Of a stretch of 62,086 bases of DNA, positions 1 through 10,251 are shown piece by piece (position 1 is the first letter of the stretch; each line of letters begins with the position of its first letter). The notes under the pieces are model-generated. The model made no database searches. It was not told where the DNA came from and saw nothing but the letters and a program-made list of their open reading frames with translations. Position numbers and translations under genes: made by a program. Where the stretch lies: the sequence record SRR31156797_9682. One strand, 5' to 3'.

Positions 1-1302
1 CCCGCCGGTTTCCGTCTGCCACCAGGTGTCAACAATGGGCAGTTTTTCCTTACCTACATTAACATGGTACCACATCCATGCTTCCGGGTTAATCGGTTCG
101 CCAACAGATCCGAGAATACGCAGGCTGGACATATCATAGCGCTGAGTATACTCAATTCCATCACGCATAAGCGCACGAATGGCAGTTGGGGCTGTGTAGA
201 ATATATTTACCTTAAACTTCTCAACTATCTTCCAGAACCGATCAGGAGCAGGATAGTTTGGCACACCTTCAAACATAACTGTAGTTGCGCCAAGACCAAG
301 CGGACCATATAAAATGTAACTGTGCCCGGTAATCCAACCGACATCAGCTGTACACCAATAGACATCGTCGTCCTTGAGATCAAATACCCATTGACTGGTG
401 TGCATAGCATAGGTCAAATAACCGCCTGTGGTATGGACAACGCCTTTGGGCTTACCTGTGGAACCGGAGGTATAGAGAATAAACAGCAGATCCTCAGAAT
501 CCATAGATTCCGGTTCGCAGTAGGTTGCAATATCTGCTTCTTCCACCTCTTCATGCCACCATGAATCACGTCCCTCCTGCATGGCAACTTCAGTTCCTGC
601 ACGATTTACGACGATACAGCTTTCAACGCAGTCACATTCCCCCAGAGCCTGATCCGCATTTTCTTTCAAAGGAATAGCCTTACCCCCGCGAAGGACTGCA
701 TCTGCAGTCAGCAGGACCTTGGCCTCACAATCATTGATCCTGCTCTGCAAAGCTACCGCAGAAAACCCTGCAAACACAACAGAATGAACAGCACCGAGTC
801 GGGTACATGCCAACAGAGCAATAGCCAGTTCGGGAATCATCGGCATATAGATGGCAACTCGATCGCCCTTTTTTACACCTTTTTTCTTCAGTACATTGGC
901 AAACCGACACACTTCGGTGTGGAGCATCTGGTACGTATAAACCTTGACATCTTCTTCCGGTTCTCCCTGCCAGATGATAGCAGCTTTATTGCGGCGACCA
1001 TCCTCAAGATGCCGGTCAAGGCAATTATAGGAGACATTGAGTTTTCCACCCGGAAACCAATTGACCTCGGGAATGGTTAAATCACAATCCATAACCTTGT
1101 CCCACTTCTTATCCCAGGTTACAAGTTCTTCGGCACGTTCAGCCCAAAAACCTTCCGGGTCTTCCATAGACCGCTGATAAATTTCCTTATACTGCTCAAG
1201 GGATTTTATCCACGCCTCATCACGACCTTCCTGGGGCGGCTCAAAAGTATTTCCCTCACTCAGCAAACTCGTAATCTTGTCTTCAATTTCTTTTGCACTC
1301 AT
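1..1302 (-). CDS. acs: acetyl-CoA synthetase (acetate--CoA ligase), 3'-truncated by the window edge
   Basis: Not in the ORF track because there is no stop in the window. Manual translation from ATG at 1302 gives [14 protein letters not shown]...[15 protein letters not shown]...[18 protein letters not shown]...[22 protein letters not shown]...[13 protein letters not shown], which are the Acs AMP-binding motifs. Confidence 0.95.
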   Translation of the reverse strand, partial: MSAKEIEDKITSLLSEGNTFEPPQEGRDEAWIKSLEQYKEIYQRSMEDPEGFWAERAEELVTWDKKWDKVMDCDLTIPEVNWFPGGKLNVSYNCLDRHLEDGRRNKAAIIWQGEPEEDVKVYTYQMLHTEVCRFANVLKKKGVKKGDRVAIYMPMIPELAIALLACTRLGAVHSVVFAGFSAVALQSRINDCEAKVLLTADAVLRGGKAIPLKENADQALGECDCVESCIVVNRAGTEVAMQEGRDSWWHEEVEEADIATYCEPESMDSEDLLFILYTSGSTGKPKGVVHTTGGYLTYAMHTSQWVFDLKDDDVYWCTADVGWITGHSYILYGPLGLGATTVMFEGVPNYPAPDRFWKIVEKFKVNIFYTAPTAIRALMRDGIEYTQRYDMSSLRILGSVGEPINPEAWMWYHVNVGKEKLPIVDTWWQTETGG

Positions 1303-1815
1303 AGGCCCCCCTTGGACTATTATTTAAGCATGGATTGCAGACACCATACCTACCAGGAAAGCCTAACCAACGCGGCGATCCCTTTACTCTTCATTATTAT
1401 GTGTAGTTTGTTGGGTAAAACAGAAAAAACAGAACGTTATCAAACACCTTTCTCTTCTGGAAACATACTAGTACGATTAATAACACCTTTTTCCTTTGTC
1501 AAGATATAACAAATCTTACTGTCACTCCTCACAGAGACATCTGGCTTTTTCCCAACCAATGATATTTTCACCCCACTAAAAAAACCAATAATAAAACAGA
1601 AACATTTATTAAAAAAAACAAGCTATTAAATCGATTTTTGGGTCAAGAGAAACAATAGAATCGTCTTTCGCAATGGTCTACTCTTCATACCACTCACCAC
1701 TTTTGCTTTTTTCTGATACCACCCTTCACTATCACTGATAACACGTCGCGACCACACTAAACAATATCCAAAACGCTGCGACTGCAATCAACTACCTGAA
1801 AAGCGAACATATTTC

Positions 1816-1845
1816 TTGACAAGCTGCTACCAACTATTCAATAAT
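1816..1845 (+). promoter_or_regulatory. putative sigma70 promoter for the arsR-remnant/MMPL/DUF2892/trxB unit
   Basis: TTGACA at 1816-1821 and AATAAT at 1840-1845 (18-nt spacer), about 40 nt upstream of the GGAG...ATG at 1883. Confidence 0.4.
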
Positions 1846-1882
1846 CCGCTTAGGTAAACGTGTTTCATCCATGGAGTGCGCG

Positions 1883-2142
1883 ATGAAGAACGAACAGGTC
1901 AAACAGTTATCACTGATTGTCAAATCAGCACCCCATCCATTTCGCCGCAACATTCCATGCACCATCACCGACCAGGAGCTTTCCAAATGGATCCCCATGG
2001 CCTGAGAAACATACGAAGAGGAACGAACTATCTCAATAATAGCATTGCTGAGTTTCGAGTAGCGGAACAGACAAAGGTGTTACACTATCTTTTTTGCGAA
2101 GCCCAACCTGTCCAAAAAACAATGACCTTTCTCCAGCAATAA
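1883..2142 (+). pseudogene. degenerate ArsR/SmtB-family (BigR/SqrR-like) regulator, frameshifted, HTH apparently deleted
   Basis: Frame A (1883-2005, RBS GGAG) reads MKNEQVKQLSLIVKSAPHPFRRNIPCTITDQELS, resembling the ArsR N-terminus 'LK.l.HP.Rl.IlC.L.d.El'. Frame B (ending 2142) reads HGLRNIRRGTNYLNNSIAEFRVAEQTKVLHYLFC, resembling the ArsR wing plus C-terminal helix ending in LFC. Confidence 0.6.
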
Positions 2143-2144
2143 AA

Positions 2145-4910
2145 ATGTCGCTCTCAACATTCCTCACCCAATATCCTATCACTCACCCTCGTAAAGTTGT
2201 ATATTGTCTCCTTCTCTTTACCATACTCAGCACAATCCTTTTTATTACTCTTGCCCAACACTCAACAACCACATTATTAAGCAAGCCTCCTCCCTGGACA
2301 AAATTGCTGCCTTCCGGGCAACCTCTGGCTTCTCAAGAAATACTGACGGTCGGCATTCTCCCTAGTTCAGAAAAAGCAAGTGTATTTACCCCACCTGCTC
2401 TATCATTGATCATCGCTCTTGACCAATCCCTTCAGCCTTTTGCAGCAGTGACAAGCAGCTCTCCGCAAATTATTGCAAATGACTACTTTGCTCCTGGCAA
2501 TATAGACCTTGCTGCTCCAGATGGCCTTGGAGCGATTAAGATCACCCCGTTTCTTGATGCCACACTTGACACTCCCCAACTCATTGAGGCGACAGCTCAA
2601 CGGGCGCTGCAGTCCCCCTTGCTAAGCAGCACATTTGTCTCCCAAGACGGAAAAGCAATAGCCCTGCGCCTCCCTTGCCTGTTAAGCGGCCAGACCCTGA
2701 AAATACAGCAAAAGTTACAACACGTTACCGAAAACCAAGAATCCCAACATTTCCAACTAACTTTTTCAGGGTTATCTTTTGCCAGAGAAAACTTTTTCAG
2801 AGAGATGCAGAAAAATATCATTCCTCTCACATGCATCAGCCTGATACTCATTGTTGCCATTTCACTATTGATGACCTTCCCCAGAGGATACAGTTGCGCA
2901 GTTATCCTACCGGTGGCCTGCTCTACGTCAACCATCCTCACATTGCAAACCCTGGTACAGTTGCCAGCAGATATTTTCAGTTTTATCCCTCCGCTGACTG
3001 CAGCATGCACCTCACTCCTCTTCTCAATATGGCTCATATCCTTTCTTAACAAGGCATTGCCCGAGAAAGCAGAACAAACCACTTTTATAGGTCAGGAGAT
3101 GAAAAGCCTCCTGCCGCAGCTTTGGTTCATTTCCCTGGCTTCAGGAATAGGCCTCCTTTGTCTGTGTTTCTCGCCCTTAAGCACTGTTCGTTTTTTAGGT
3201 TTTTTCGCAGCACTTGCGGTTTTACTTGCTTTTTTCACCACTGTAACAGCTGTTCCTGCTACACTTATCATATTGCCCCCATCCCGGTGTTCCGAAGGAA
3301 AAAGCAATAACAAACTAAGCAAAGTGCTGGCTGTCCTGAGTAAACATACAACCCAAAGCACTCTCCCGGGAAAAGTGGCATATATCTGCGTCAATCGCTG
3401 GCCGTACGTGGCAGCACCCCACACAATCTTCCTTGTACTGGGGATAACAGGCATCATGCTGACAACAATTGATTACTCTCCCATCCAGTGGTACGCAAAA
3501 AATCATTGGATCCAAGCTGCAAACGAAAAAAATACGCAGCGCTTTGCCGGCATTGACCAACTCAACCTTGTATTCTCTGCACCTGAGACTGACAAACGGT
3601 CCCTCAACGAAGTGCAGCAATGGCTGACAACCAGATTGAAAAGTGCCTTTGTCGACGCTCCGTCATTTTACGCAGTACTTGAAAAAGATATCGAACAAAC
3701 CACCGCTCACTTGGATTCAGCCCTTGAACTCTCAAACAGGCTTACCAGCCTCTGGCGCCAAAAAATGAATGCACTCCAACTGGAGCACAACATACAGATT
3801 GACCGCTGGTCAATAGCCCTGGATATCCTCGCCCACCTTGACAATGAACAACACTTTTTTTCCAGGCCAGCCGTTCTTGTTTACCTGGAAGGCCTGCAAA
3901 ATTACCTAGAGCAAATGCCTCAGATAGGCAAAGCCCTCTCTGTTGTGGATATTGTAAAAACAATGCATCAGAAATTATTTGAAGGTGTTCCCACATACAA
4001 GCAAATACCAACGACCATAGGCAGCGTTGACCAGACCCTTGCTGCTTTTAGAGAAAAGCGGCCAACACAATATTTATCGCGCTTTATTAATGACGACGCG
4101 ACCCAAACGACGCTCACCCTGTATCTAAAAAATTCTTCGCCAAAAGCCATAGAAACCATCTCACAAGCGGCTGCGTCCTATTTTAAAGCGACACCTTCTC
4201 CTGTCCCCTTGAATTATTACTGGACCGGACCAGCCTATGGCTTTAAAATATGGAACGAAAAGGCAATATCTTCCCTTTTCCTATGGGCTGCGGTTGGATT
4301 AGTCACAGGAGCTCTCGTATTTGCATTTATACAACGCTCGCTGGTTTATGGACTGTCCATCATCATAGTCACAGCGTACATGCTCACCTGTACTTATGGG
4401 ATATGCGGATTATTAGGAATCTCCTCAGGCGCCTTTACCATGGCAACAGTAAGTATATTCCTTCCGGTTGCCTTCAGCCTTACTGCTATAATATTGCACG
4501 CACTCAGTGAAACGGTCAAAGACCGTGGATGTTGGGACGATAACGTCATTGAATTGTTTTCAACAAACTCTTTCCCTATCCTATGGAGCGTGGCAGCTGT
4601 GATCTTCGGATCTATCCACGCTCTTTTTTCTGCCTATTGTTTATTGCAAACAAGCGCATTCATGACTATTTCATTTATGCTTATAGCAGGGATTACATGT
4701 TTTACGCTGCTCCCCATTCTGAGTAAGCTGCTGCAAACCACTTTGTTTAAAAAGGAACTGCTTATCTTTCATGAAAAAGAAAGGCAAGTAGCGGTAGAAG
4801 AGGAAGCCAGTACTAATGATTCAACGGCACCTCTGTCGCCGACTACAGACGATACGGCCGAACCTGATCTCAACAAAGTTTTTACGCCTTCAATAAAGCC
4901 AGGCGTGTAA
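2145..4910 (+). CDS. MMPL/RND-superfamily membrane protein, divergent
   Basis: Two repeats of one TM, a large extracytoplasmic loop and five TMs. MMPL-type segments include 'ALSVVDIVKTMHQKL' and 'RFAGIDQLNLV'. ATG at 2145 is preferred over TTG at 2094. Confidence 0.75.
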   Translation: MSLSTFLTQYPITHPRKVVYCLLLFTILSTILFITLAQHSTTTLLSKPPPWTKLLPSGQPLASQEILTVGILPSSEKASVFTPPALSLIIALDQSLQPFAAVTSSSPQIIANDYFAPGNIDLAAPDGLGAIKITPFLDATLDTPQLIEATAQRALQSPLLSSTFVSQDGKAIALRLPCLLSGQTLKIQQKLQHVTENQESQHFQLTFSGLSFARENFFREMQKNIIPLTCISLILIVAISLLMTFPRGYSCAVILPVACSTSTILTLQTLVQLPADIFSFIPPLTAACTSLLFSIWLISFLNKALPEKAEQTTFIGQEMKSLLPQLWFISLASGIGLLCLCFSPLSTVRFLGFFAALAVLLAFFTTVTAVPATLIILPPSRCSEGKSNNKLSKVLAVLSKHTTQSTLPGKVAYICVNRWPYVAAPHTIFLVLGITGIMLTTIDYSPIQWYAKNHWIQAANEKNTQRFAGIDQLNLVFSAPETDKRSLNEVQQWLTTRLKSAFVDAPSFYAVLEKDIEQTTAHLDSALELSNRLTSLWRQKMNALQLEHNIQIDRWSIALDILAHLDNEQHFFSRPAVLVYLEGLQNYLEQMPQIGKALSVVDIVKTMHQKLFEGVPTYKQIPTTIGSVDQTLAAFREKRPTQYLSRFINDDATQTTLTLYLKNSSPKAIETISQAAASYFKATPSPVPLNYYWTGPAYGFKIWNEKAISSLFLWAAVGLVTGALVFAFIQRSLVYGLSIIIVTAYMLTCTYGICGLLGISSGAFTMATVSIFLPVAFSLTAIILHALSETVKDRGCWDDNVIELFSTNSFPILWSVAAVIFGSIHALFSAYCLLQTSAFMTISFMLIAGITCFTLLPILSKLLQTTLFKKELLIFHEKERQVAVEEEASTNDSTAPLSPTTDDTAEPDLNKVFTPSIKPGV

Positions 4911-4953
4911 TAGTAACATATTGCATTAACACTTTTAAAAGGAGTGTACACAC

Positions 4954-5148
4954 ATGGTAATAAATGACTGGATTCACGCCATGGCAGGTTTCTTTATCCT
5001 CATCAGTCTCGCACTGGGAGTGTGGGTAAGCAACTACTGGCTTTTCTTTACCGCCTTTGTGGGCGCAAATCTGTTTCAATTTGGATTTACAGGGTTTTGC
5101 CCCATGGCCACAATTCTTAAACGTCTCGGGATTCCTGAGCAAAAATAA
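4954..5148 (+). CDS. DUF2892 (YgaP-like) small membrane protein
   Basis: 64 aa, two TMs, signature FVGANLFQFGFTGFCPMATILKRLG; RBS AAGGAG. Confidence 0.85.
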   Translation: MVINDWIHAMAGFFILISLALGVWVSNYWLFFTAFVGANLFQFGFTGFCPMATILKRLGIPEQK

Positions 5149-5162
5149 ACCTGGAAAAAAAT

Positions 5163-6107
5163 ATGACACAGAAAGAAATGCACGACCTCGTTATTATTGG
5201 CGGAGGGCCGGGTGGACTCACAGCCGGCATCTACGCCCAACGTGCTGCACTAAAAACAGTGCTGATTGAAAAAGGATTAGCTGGTGGCCAGATGGGATCA
5301 ACCGATACCGTTGAAAACTGGCCTGGTATTGAAAACATTACAGGTCAGGAACTTGCTGAAAACTTTCTCAACCATGCTAAAGCCTATGATCTCAATATGA
5401 TCCAAGAAGAAGTCGTTGCTGTGGAACCAGGCTTAGAGCATCATACCGTGCGCCTTGCCAATGGTGATGAATACCCAGCGTATAGCGTCATCATTGCCGT
5501 TGGCGGCAGTCCGAAAAAGCTCAATATCCCAGGCGAAGATGAATACTACGGAAAAGGTGTATCCTATTGTGCTGTTTGCGACGGTTTTTTCTTTCGCAAC
5601 AAAACAGTAGTGGTTGTCGGCGGCGGCGACTCTGCCACCGAAGAAGCACTCTATCTCGCTAAACTCGCAAAAAAAGTCTACCTTGTCCACCGGAGGGACG
5701 AACTACGCGCAGGAATGATCCTGCAACAACGAATAAAGGCCGAACCAAAGATAGAAATACTGTGGAATACCATCGTAACAAAAATAAATGCGGATGACGC
5801 AGGCGTTTCGGAGGTAGAACTGCAAGACACGCTCACCAACGAAGAAAGTCATTTAGCGACAGACGGGGTTTTTGTTTTTGTTGGCTTTAACCCCAACAAC
5901 CAGCTCATCCCAGCGGGAACGCCAATGGACGCTGATGGATTTGTAATGACGGACTGTAAAGGCGAGACCACCATGCCCGGCATTTATGTGATTGGAGACT
6001 TACGGCAAAAATACGCAAAACAAATAGTTGTTGCCTCAGGAGAGGGTGCCACAGCAGCACTGGCTGCTGCCCACTTTGTGGAGGCTAAAAAAGGCAGTAA
6101 GCAATAA
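5163..6107 (+). CDS. trxB: thioredoxin-disulfide reductase
   Basis: GGGPGG FAD-binding motif, GKGVSYCAVCDG redox CxxC, VVGGGDSA NADPH motif, HRRDELRA. Confidence 0.95.
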   Translation: MTQKEMHDLVIIGGGPGGLTAGIYAQRAALKTVLIEKGLAGGQMGSTDTVENWPGIENITGQELAENFLNHAKAYDLNMIQEEVVAVEPGLEHHTVRLANGDEYPAYSVIIAVGGSPKKLNIPGEDEYYGKGVSYCAVCDGFFFRNKTVVVVGGGDSATEEALYLAKLAKKVYLVHRRDELRAGMILQQRIKAEPKIEILWNTIVTKINADDAGVSEVELQDTLTNEESHLATDGVFVFVGFNPNNQLIPAGTPMDADGFVMTDCKGETTMPGIYVIGDLRQKYAKQIVVASGEGATAALAAAHFVEAKKGSKQ

Positions 6108-6119
6108 TGGTAAAATCAC

Positions 6120-6153
6120 GCCGACCAGGCACCCAAAAGGGCTTCTGGTCGGC
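6120..6153. terminator. hairpin between convergent trxB and mlaC
   Basis: Inverted repeat gccgaccag...ctggtcggc with an inner ccc/ggg stem; no strong U-tract. Confidence 0.5.
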
Positions 6154-6163
6154 AGACCATTCT

Positions 6164-6784
6164 CTAACCAACAGTTTCACTTTTCTGAAATTCAACTATT
6201 TTATTTTTAAGCTGCTGGGTCAAGCTTCCAAAGTCGTCTTTACGTAAAATTTCCTGAAACTGTTCAAGGTAATTACGGATCAAACTGACACCTTCCACCA
6301 CCACATCATAGACCTTCCACTGCTCACCCCGAAGCGTCATAATATAAGAAATCGGTATTCCCCTGGCTCCATCCACCAACACCGTCTGCACTTGAGCCCG
6401 TTTGCCCCTGATGCGCTGCTTGCCGTATTCAATTTTTTGATTTGTATAGTTGTCCATTTGGCTGACATAGGCATATTTCAACAGTTCGGTAAACAATTCT
6501 ACAAATTGTTCTTTCTCCTCACTCGAGAGTTTCTTCCAATGCCTTCCAAGCACTCGCTTGGACATCTCCCTGAAATCAAACCCCTCTTTTGCCACCTCCA
6601 TGACCCGATCGACCTTACTTTCAGCCGATTCCTCAGCCACGGGATCGCTCAAAACCTGTATAATATCAGCGACGAAAGGGCGTAACTGTTCTGTCGGATC
6701 CGGGAGCGCCAGCACACTATCATGCGGCCCACACCACAAACACCCCGCTACAACTATCACCAATGCCATGAGCCTTTTTTTCAT
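6164..6784 (-). CDS. mlaC: MlaC/Ttg2D-family periplasmic phospholipid-binding protein
   Basis: Signal peptide; FDFREMSKRVLGRHW and WKVYDVVVEGVSLIRNY motifs. Confidence 0.9.
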   Translation of the reverse strand: MKKRLMALVIVVAGCLWCGPHDSVLALPDPTEQLRPFVADIIQVLSDPVAEESAESKVDRVMEVAKEGFDFREMSKRVLGRHWKKLSSEEKEQFVELFTELLKYAYVSQMDNYTNQKIEYGKQRIRGKRAQVQTVLVDGARGIPISYIMTLRGEQWKVYDVVVEGVSLIRNYLEQFQEILRKDDFGSLTQQLKNKIVEFQKSETVG

Positions 6785-6897
6785 AAAAATCCTTTTTCGT
6801 TAGCTGTAAGAATCAATCGCTGGTACTTGTTACTTGCTGCACCAGCACTAATCTGGACATATTATCAGACAAGCAATTATCACACCAAAAAAAAACG

Positions 6898-7089
6898 TTA
6901 ACCAACAAGCCTTTCTTTTTGCTGATCAACTGACGTTACTGAACTTTTCAGCACCGACATAATCGTTCGCACAATGAGGCACTTCCAACATAAGACACTT
7001 CCAGGGACAAGATTTATCCGCTCTATCCCTACCCGCCGTTGGCACCTGTCGCAGACAATCACACTGCAGCCTGTATCATTTTTCTTCAC
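6898..7089 (-). CDS. small DksA/TraR-type C4 zinc-finger protein
   Basis: CDRC-x17-CWKC with internal 'IERINLVP', matching the C-x2-C-x17-C-x2-C spacing and ERL..P motif of the DksA/TraR finger. GGGAGG RBS precedes GTG at 7089. Confidence 0.6.
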   Translation of the reverse strand: MKKNDTGCSVIVCDRCQRRVGIERINLVPGSVLCWKCLIVRTIMSVLKSSVTSVDQQKERLVG

Positions 7090-7149
7090 CTTCACCTCCC
7101 AAAAACGGTGAGTCCTTGAGACAGCCTCACCGCATTTTCCTTGCAACTA

Positions 7150-10100
7150 CTAATTTGTCTCAAGGACCAGACAGTCACTACCATCTTGCTGTACGTGCAT
7201 ACGGCTGCCCACCCGAACGTCCATCTTTTCGGAAATTTTAAAAAAAGTACAATAGAGAACAGGTACAACCACCAGCGTCAACACCGTCGCAAAAGTCAGC
7301 CCCCCCATTATAGTAACGGCCATGGCAGCAAAAAATGCATCCCACAGCAAAGGGATCATGCCCAAAACAGTTGTAAATGCTGCCATGGAAACAGGTCGAA
7401 CACGACTGACAGCTGAATCAATTACTGCCTGATATGGGTGTTTTCCGGCAGCCAGTTCGATGTTTATCTGATCCAACAAAACGATCTCATTTTTCATCAA
7501 CATCCCGGACAGGCTCAAAAAGCCAAGCAATGCCATAAATCCAAAAGGCTGGTTAAGAATGAGCAAACCGGCAGCAACGCCAATCAGGGCCAATGGCAGA
7601 CCAAGGAAAATAATAACAGGGTGACGCAATGTATTAAAAAGCATAACCGAGATAAAAAACATAGCTGCAAATGCCAGCGGCACTTTAGACATCAATTTTC
7701 GATTGGCATCACCAGAACTTTCATATTCCCCTCCCCATTCAAGAACATATCCCTGGGGTAAATCAATGGCCTCAATGTCTGAGCGAAGCTCCCTGAACAG
7801 AGCATCTGCCGTTCCTTCCACCTGCTGACACGATACGGTTATGGTCCGCATCCTATTCCGGCGCTGGATAACGGGATCTTCCCACAGGGTCGGACTGCCA
7901 TTAACCACCTGATCAATAGGTACAGCCTGCCCAGCCACATCACTCCACACCATAACCTCATTCAGATTATCTATTCCTGACCGTTGTGCAAGCGGCTGCC
8001 TGACAATAATTGGCAGCAAATCTTCCCCTTCACGGTACAACCCGGTCACTGTCCCTGAAAAATTTGCAGCCAACGCATTGGCTATCTCCGGCCGGGTAAC
8101 ACCAATCTCACGAGATCGTGCTGCAGCCATGTTGATAGAGGCTACTTTCACTTTTTCTGCCCAGTCAGATTGGACAGTATTAGTATTTTCATGCTGCCAC
8201 ATAATGACTTTTGCCTGGTCTGCCAAGTCACGCAGCACTTCAATATCTGACCCAATAAACCGGGCCTCGACAGCCTCGCTGCTTGGACCAAGCTTAAAGG
8301 CCTCGACTTTGCTGACCGCATCAGGAAAATTGGTATTGATATACTCTGCCACCTCAGGAATAAGTTTAGCGTTCAAACGATAATCCGCTACTGATACCAG
8401 AAGTTGCCCATAACTACTGCTTGGCATTTCCGGCGAATAAGTCAAAATAAAGCGGAGGGCACCACCACCAACAAAGGTAGTAACATCCGTCACACCCTCC
8501 AAAGTCGCTACATAAGATTCAAGTTTCCCCAACTGGGAAGCAGTTTCTTCTATATGGGTACCTTCCGGCAGGGTTATATCAATGGTAAACTGGGGCCGCG
8601 GTGAATTGGGGAAAAAATTCTGATCTACAAAACCAAAACCATATATAGCAAGGGCAAGCATGCCGATAACTGCTGAAATAGTCAGCCAACGAAAGTTGAT
8701 ACAAGCGCGTAAAAAGTTCCTGTAGCCGCGAAAAAAGAAGTTATCATACAAGGCTCCCTCTTTTTTCGTGTGTTCAGGGAGAAAAGTGAAACAGAGGTAG
8801 GGCACCACTGTCACCGCGAATACCCAACTAAGCATTAAAGACAAGCCTATAACCTGAAACAGGCTTCCCAAAAACTCACCAGTTACGTCTTTAGAAAGCG
8901 AAATAGCGGCAAAGGCAAGGATGGCAATAACCGTGGCGCCCAGCAACGGCCACTGGGTTTCGGCAACGGTCTGGATGGCAGCGTCTTTTTTGGGGATTCC
9001 TAATTGACGTTTAATCACAATCCCCTCGGCAACCACAATGGCATTATCCACCAGCATCCCCAGCGCAATAATAAGAGCTCCCAAAGAGATACGCTGCAGG
9101 TTAACTTCAAAAATCAGCATACAGATAAAAGTCGCCAGAATAGTTAAAAGCAGTACCCCGCCGATAATAATTCCTTCACGCACACCCATAAAAATAACGA
9201 GGAGCACCACCACAATCAAAACAGCTTCAAAAAGGTTAAGGACAAACCCATTCACTGCCTTGTTGACCGTGTCAGCCTGGTAGGCAATAGCATTGAGCGT
9301 CACCCCTAACGGTAGCCGGGCTTCGAGCTCAGCCAGCTTTTCCTTCACCGCATTACCCATTGTGACAACATTTCCGCCGGAAACTGTTGAAATACCAAGC
9401 CCTACTGCAGGCAGTCCGTCTCGACGCAAAAGCTGCTGTGGTGGATCGAGGTACCCTTTTTCAATGGTTGCCACATCCTTAATTCTGATCATGGTTCCGG
9501 AATTACCGGCGCGGATCAACTGCTCTCCAATATCGCGTACATCTCCGTAGTCACCAGATACACGCAAGCGCACATCCTGGGGACCGACCTTAACTTTACC
9601 AGCGTCGGTGACAGTATTTTGCTGGCTAATGGTCTGGAAAATTGCCGCTGGCCGAATACCGAGTTGAGAGGCCCTGACCCGGTCTATCTCTACATAGACG
9701 ACTTCCTCCTGCATGCCCCAAAAATCGATCCGACCCACATCCTCACAAAGCAGCAGCTCCTTACGCAGATCTTCAGCTATTTCCTGGAGTGCATGCTGTG
9801 AATACCCGTCTCCAGTTATGGCGAAAAAAATGCCATACACATCGCCAAAGTCATCATTAATAATAGGAGCATAACTGCCTGGCGGTAGACTGCTGGCCAC
9901 GTCATTAATTTTTCGCCGCAACTCATCCCACACCTGGGGCAGGGTTTCCTTGTCGTATTTATCCTGGACCTCAGCGTAAATGATAGAAACACCAGACCGC
10001 GATATTGACCGAACCTCTTCCAGCTGTTTCAGCTGCTGAATCGCTGTTTCCAATGGCTCGGTTATCTCCAGCTCAACCTCTTCAGCAGTAGCACCCGGAT

Positions 10101-10251
10101 ACAGAGTATATATTACTGTTTCCTTGATGGTGAAATCTGGGTCTTCGAGCCTTCCCAAACGCTCGTAGGAAAGGTAACCGCCGACAAATACAAACACTAT
10201 CAACACAAGGACCACGGCCCTGTTTTCAAGGGCATAGCGCACTAGTTTCAT
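7150..10251 (-). CDS. RND efflux permease (AcrB/AcrD/AcrF family)
   Basis: 1033 aa; GRLEDPDF, ALGMLVDNAIVV, GMLMKNEIVL and SRVRPVSM motifs. Confidence 0.95.
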   Translation of the reverse strand: MKLVRYALENRAVVLVLIVFVFVGGYLSYERLGRLEDPDFTIKETVIYTLYPGATAEEVELEITEPLETAIQQLKQLEEVRSISRSGVSIIYAEVQDKYDKETLPQVWDELRRKINDVASSLPPGSYAPIINDDFGDVYGIFFAITGDGYSQHALQEIAEDLRKELLLCEDVGRIDFWGMQEEVVYVEIDRVRASQLGIRPAAIFQTISQQNTVTDAGKVKVGPQDVRLRVSGDYGDVRDIGEQLIRAGNSGTMIRIKDVATIEKGYLDPPQQLLRRDGLPAVGLGISTVSGGNVVTMGNAVKEKLAELEARLPLGVTLNAIAYQADTVNKAVNGFVLNLFEAVLIVVVLLVIFMGVREGIIIGGVLLLTILATFICMLIFEVNLQRISLGALIIALGMLVDNAIVVAEGIVIKRQLGIPKKDAAIQTVAETQWPLLGATVIAILAFAAISLSKDVTGEFLGSLFQVIGLSLMLSWVFAVTVVPYLCFTFLPEHTKKEGALYDNFFFRGYRNFLRACINFRWLTISAVIGMLALAIYGFGFVDQNFFPNSPRPQFTIDITLPEGTHIEETASQLGKLESYVATLEGVTDVTTFVGGGALRFILTYSPEMPSSSYGQLLVSVADYRLNAKLIPEVAEYINTNFPDAVSKVEAFKLGPSSEAVEARFIGSDIEVLRDLADQAKVIMWQHENTNTVQSDWAEKVKVASINMAAARSREIGVTRPEIANALAANFSGTVTGLYREGEDLLPIIVRQPLAQRSGIDNLNEVMVWSDVAGQAVPIDQVVNGSPTLWEDPVIQRRNRMRTITVSCQQVEGTADALFRELRSDIEAIDLPQGYVLEWGGEYESSGDANRKLMSKVPLAFAAMFFISVMLFNTLRHPVIIFLGLPLALIGVAAGLLILNQPFGFMALLGFLSLSGMLMKNEIVLLDQINIELAAGKHPYQAVIDSAVSRVRPVSMAAFTTVLGMIPLLWDAFFAAMAVTIMGGLTFATVLTLVVVPVLYCTFFKISEKMDVRVGSRMHVQQDGSDCLVLETN

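Noticed and set aside
1876-2142. 88-aa ORF in the track read as an intact gene
   Set aside because: Only its 3' half looks protein-like; it is better explained as part of a frameshifted arsR remnant.
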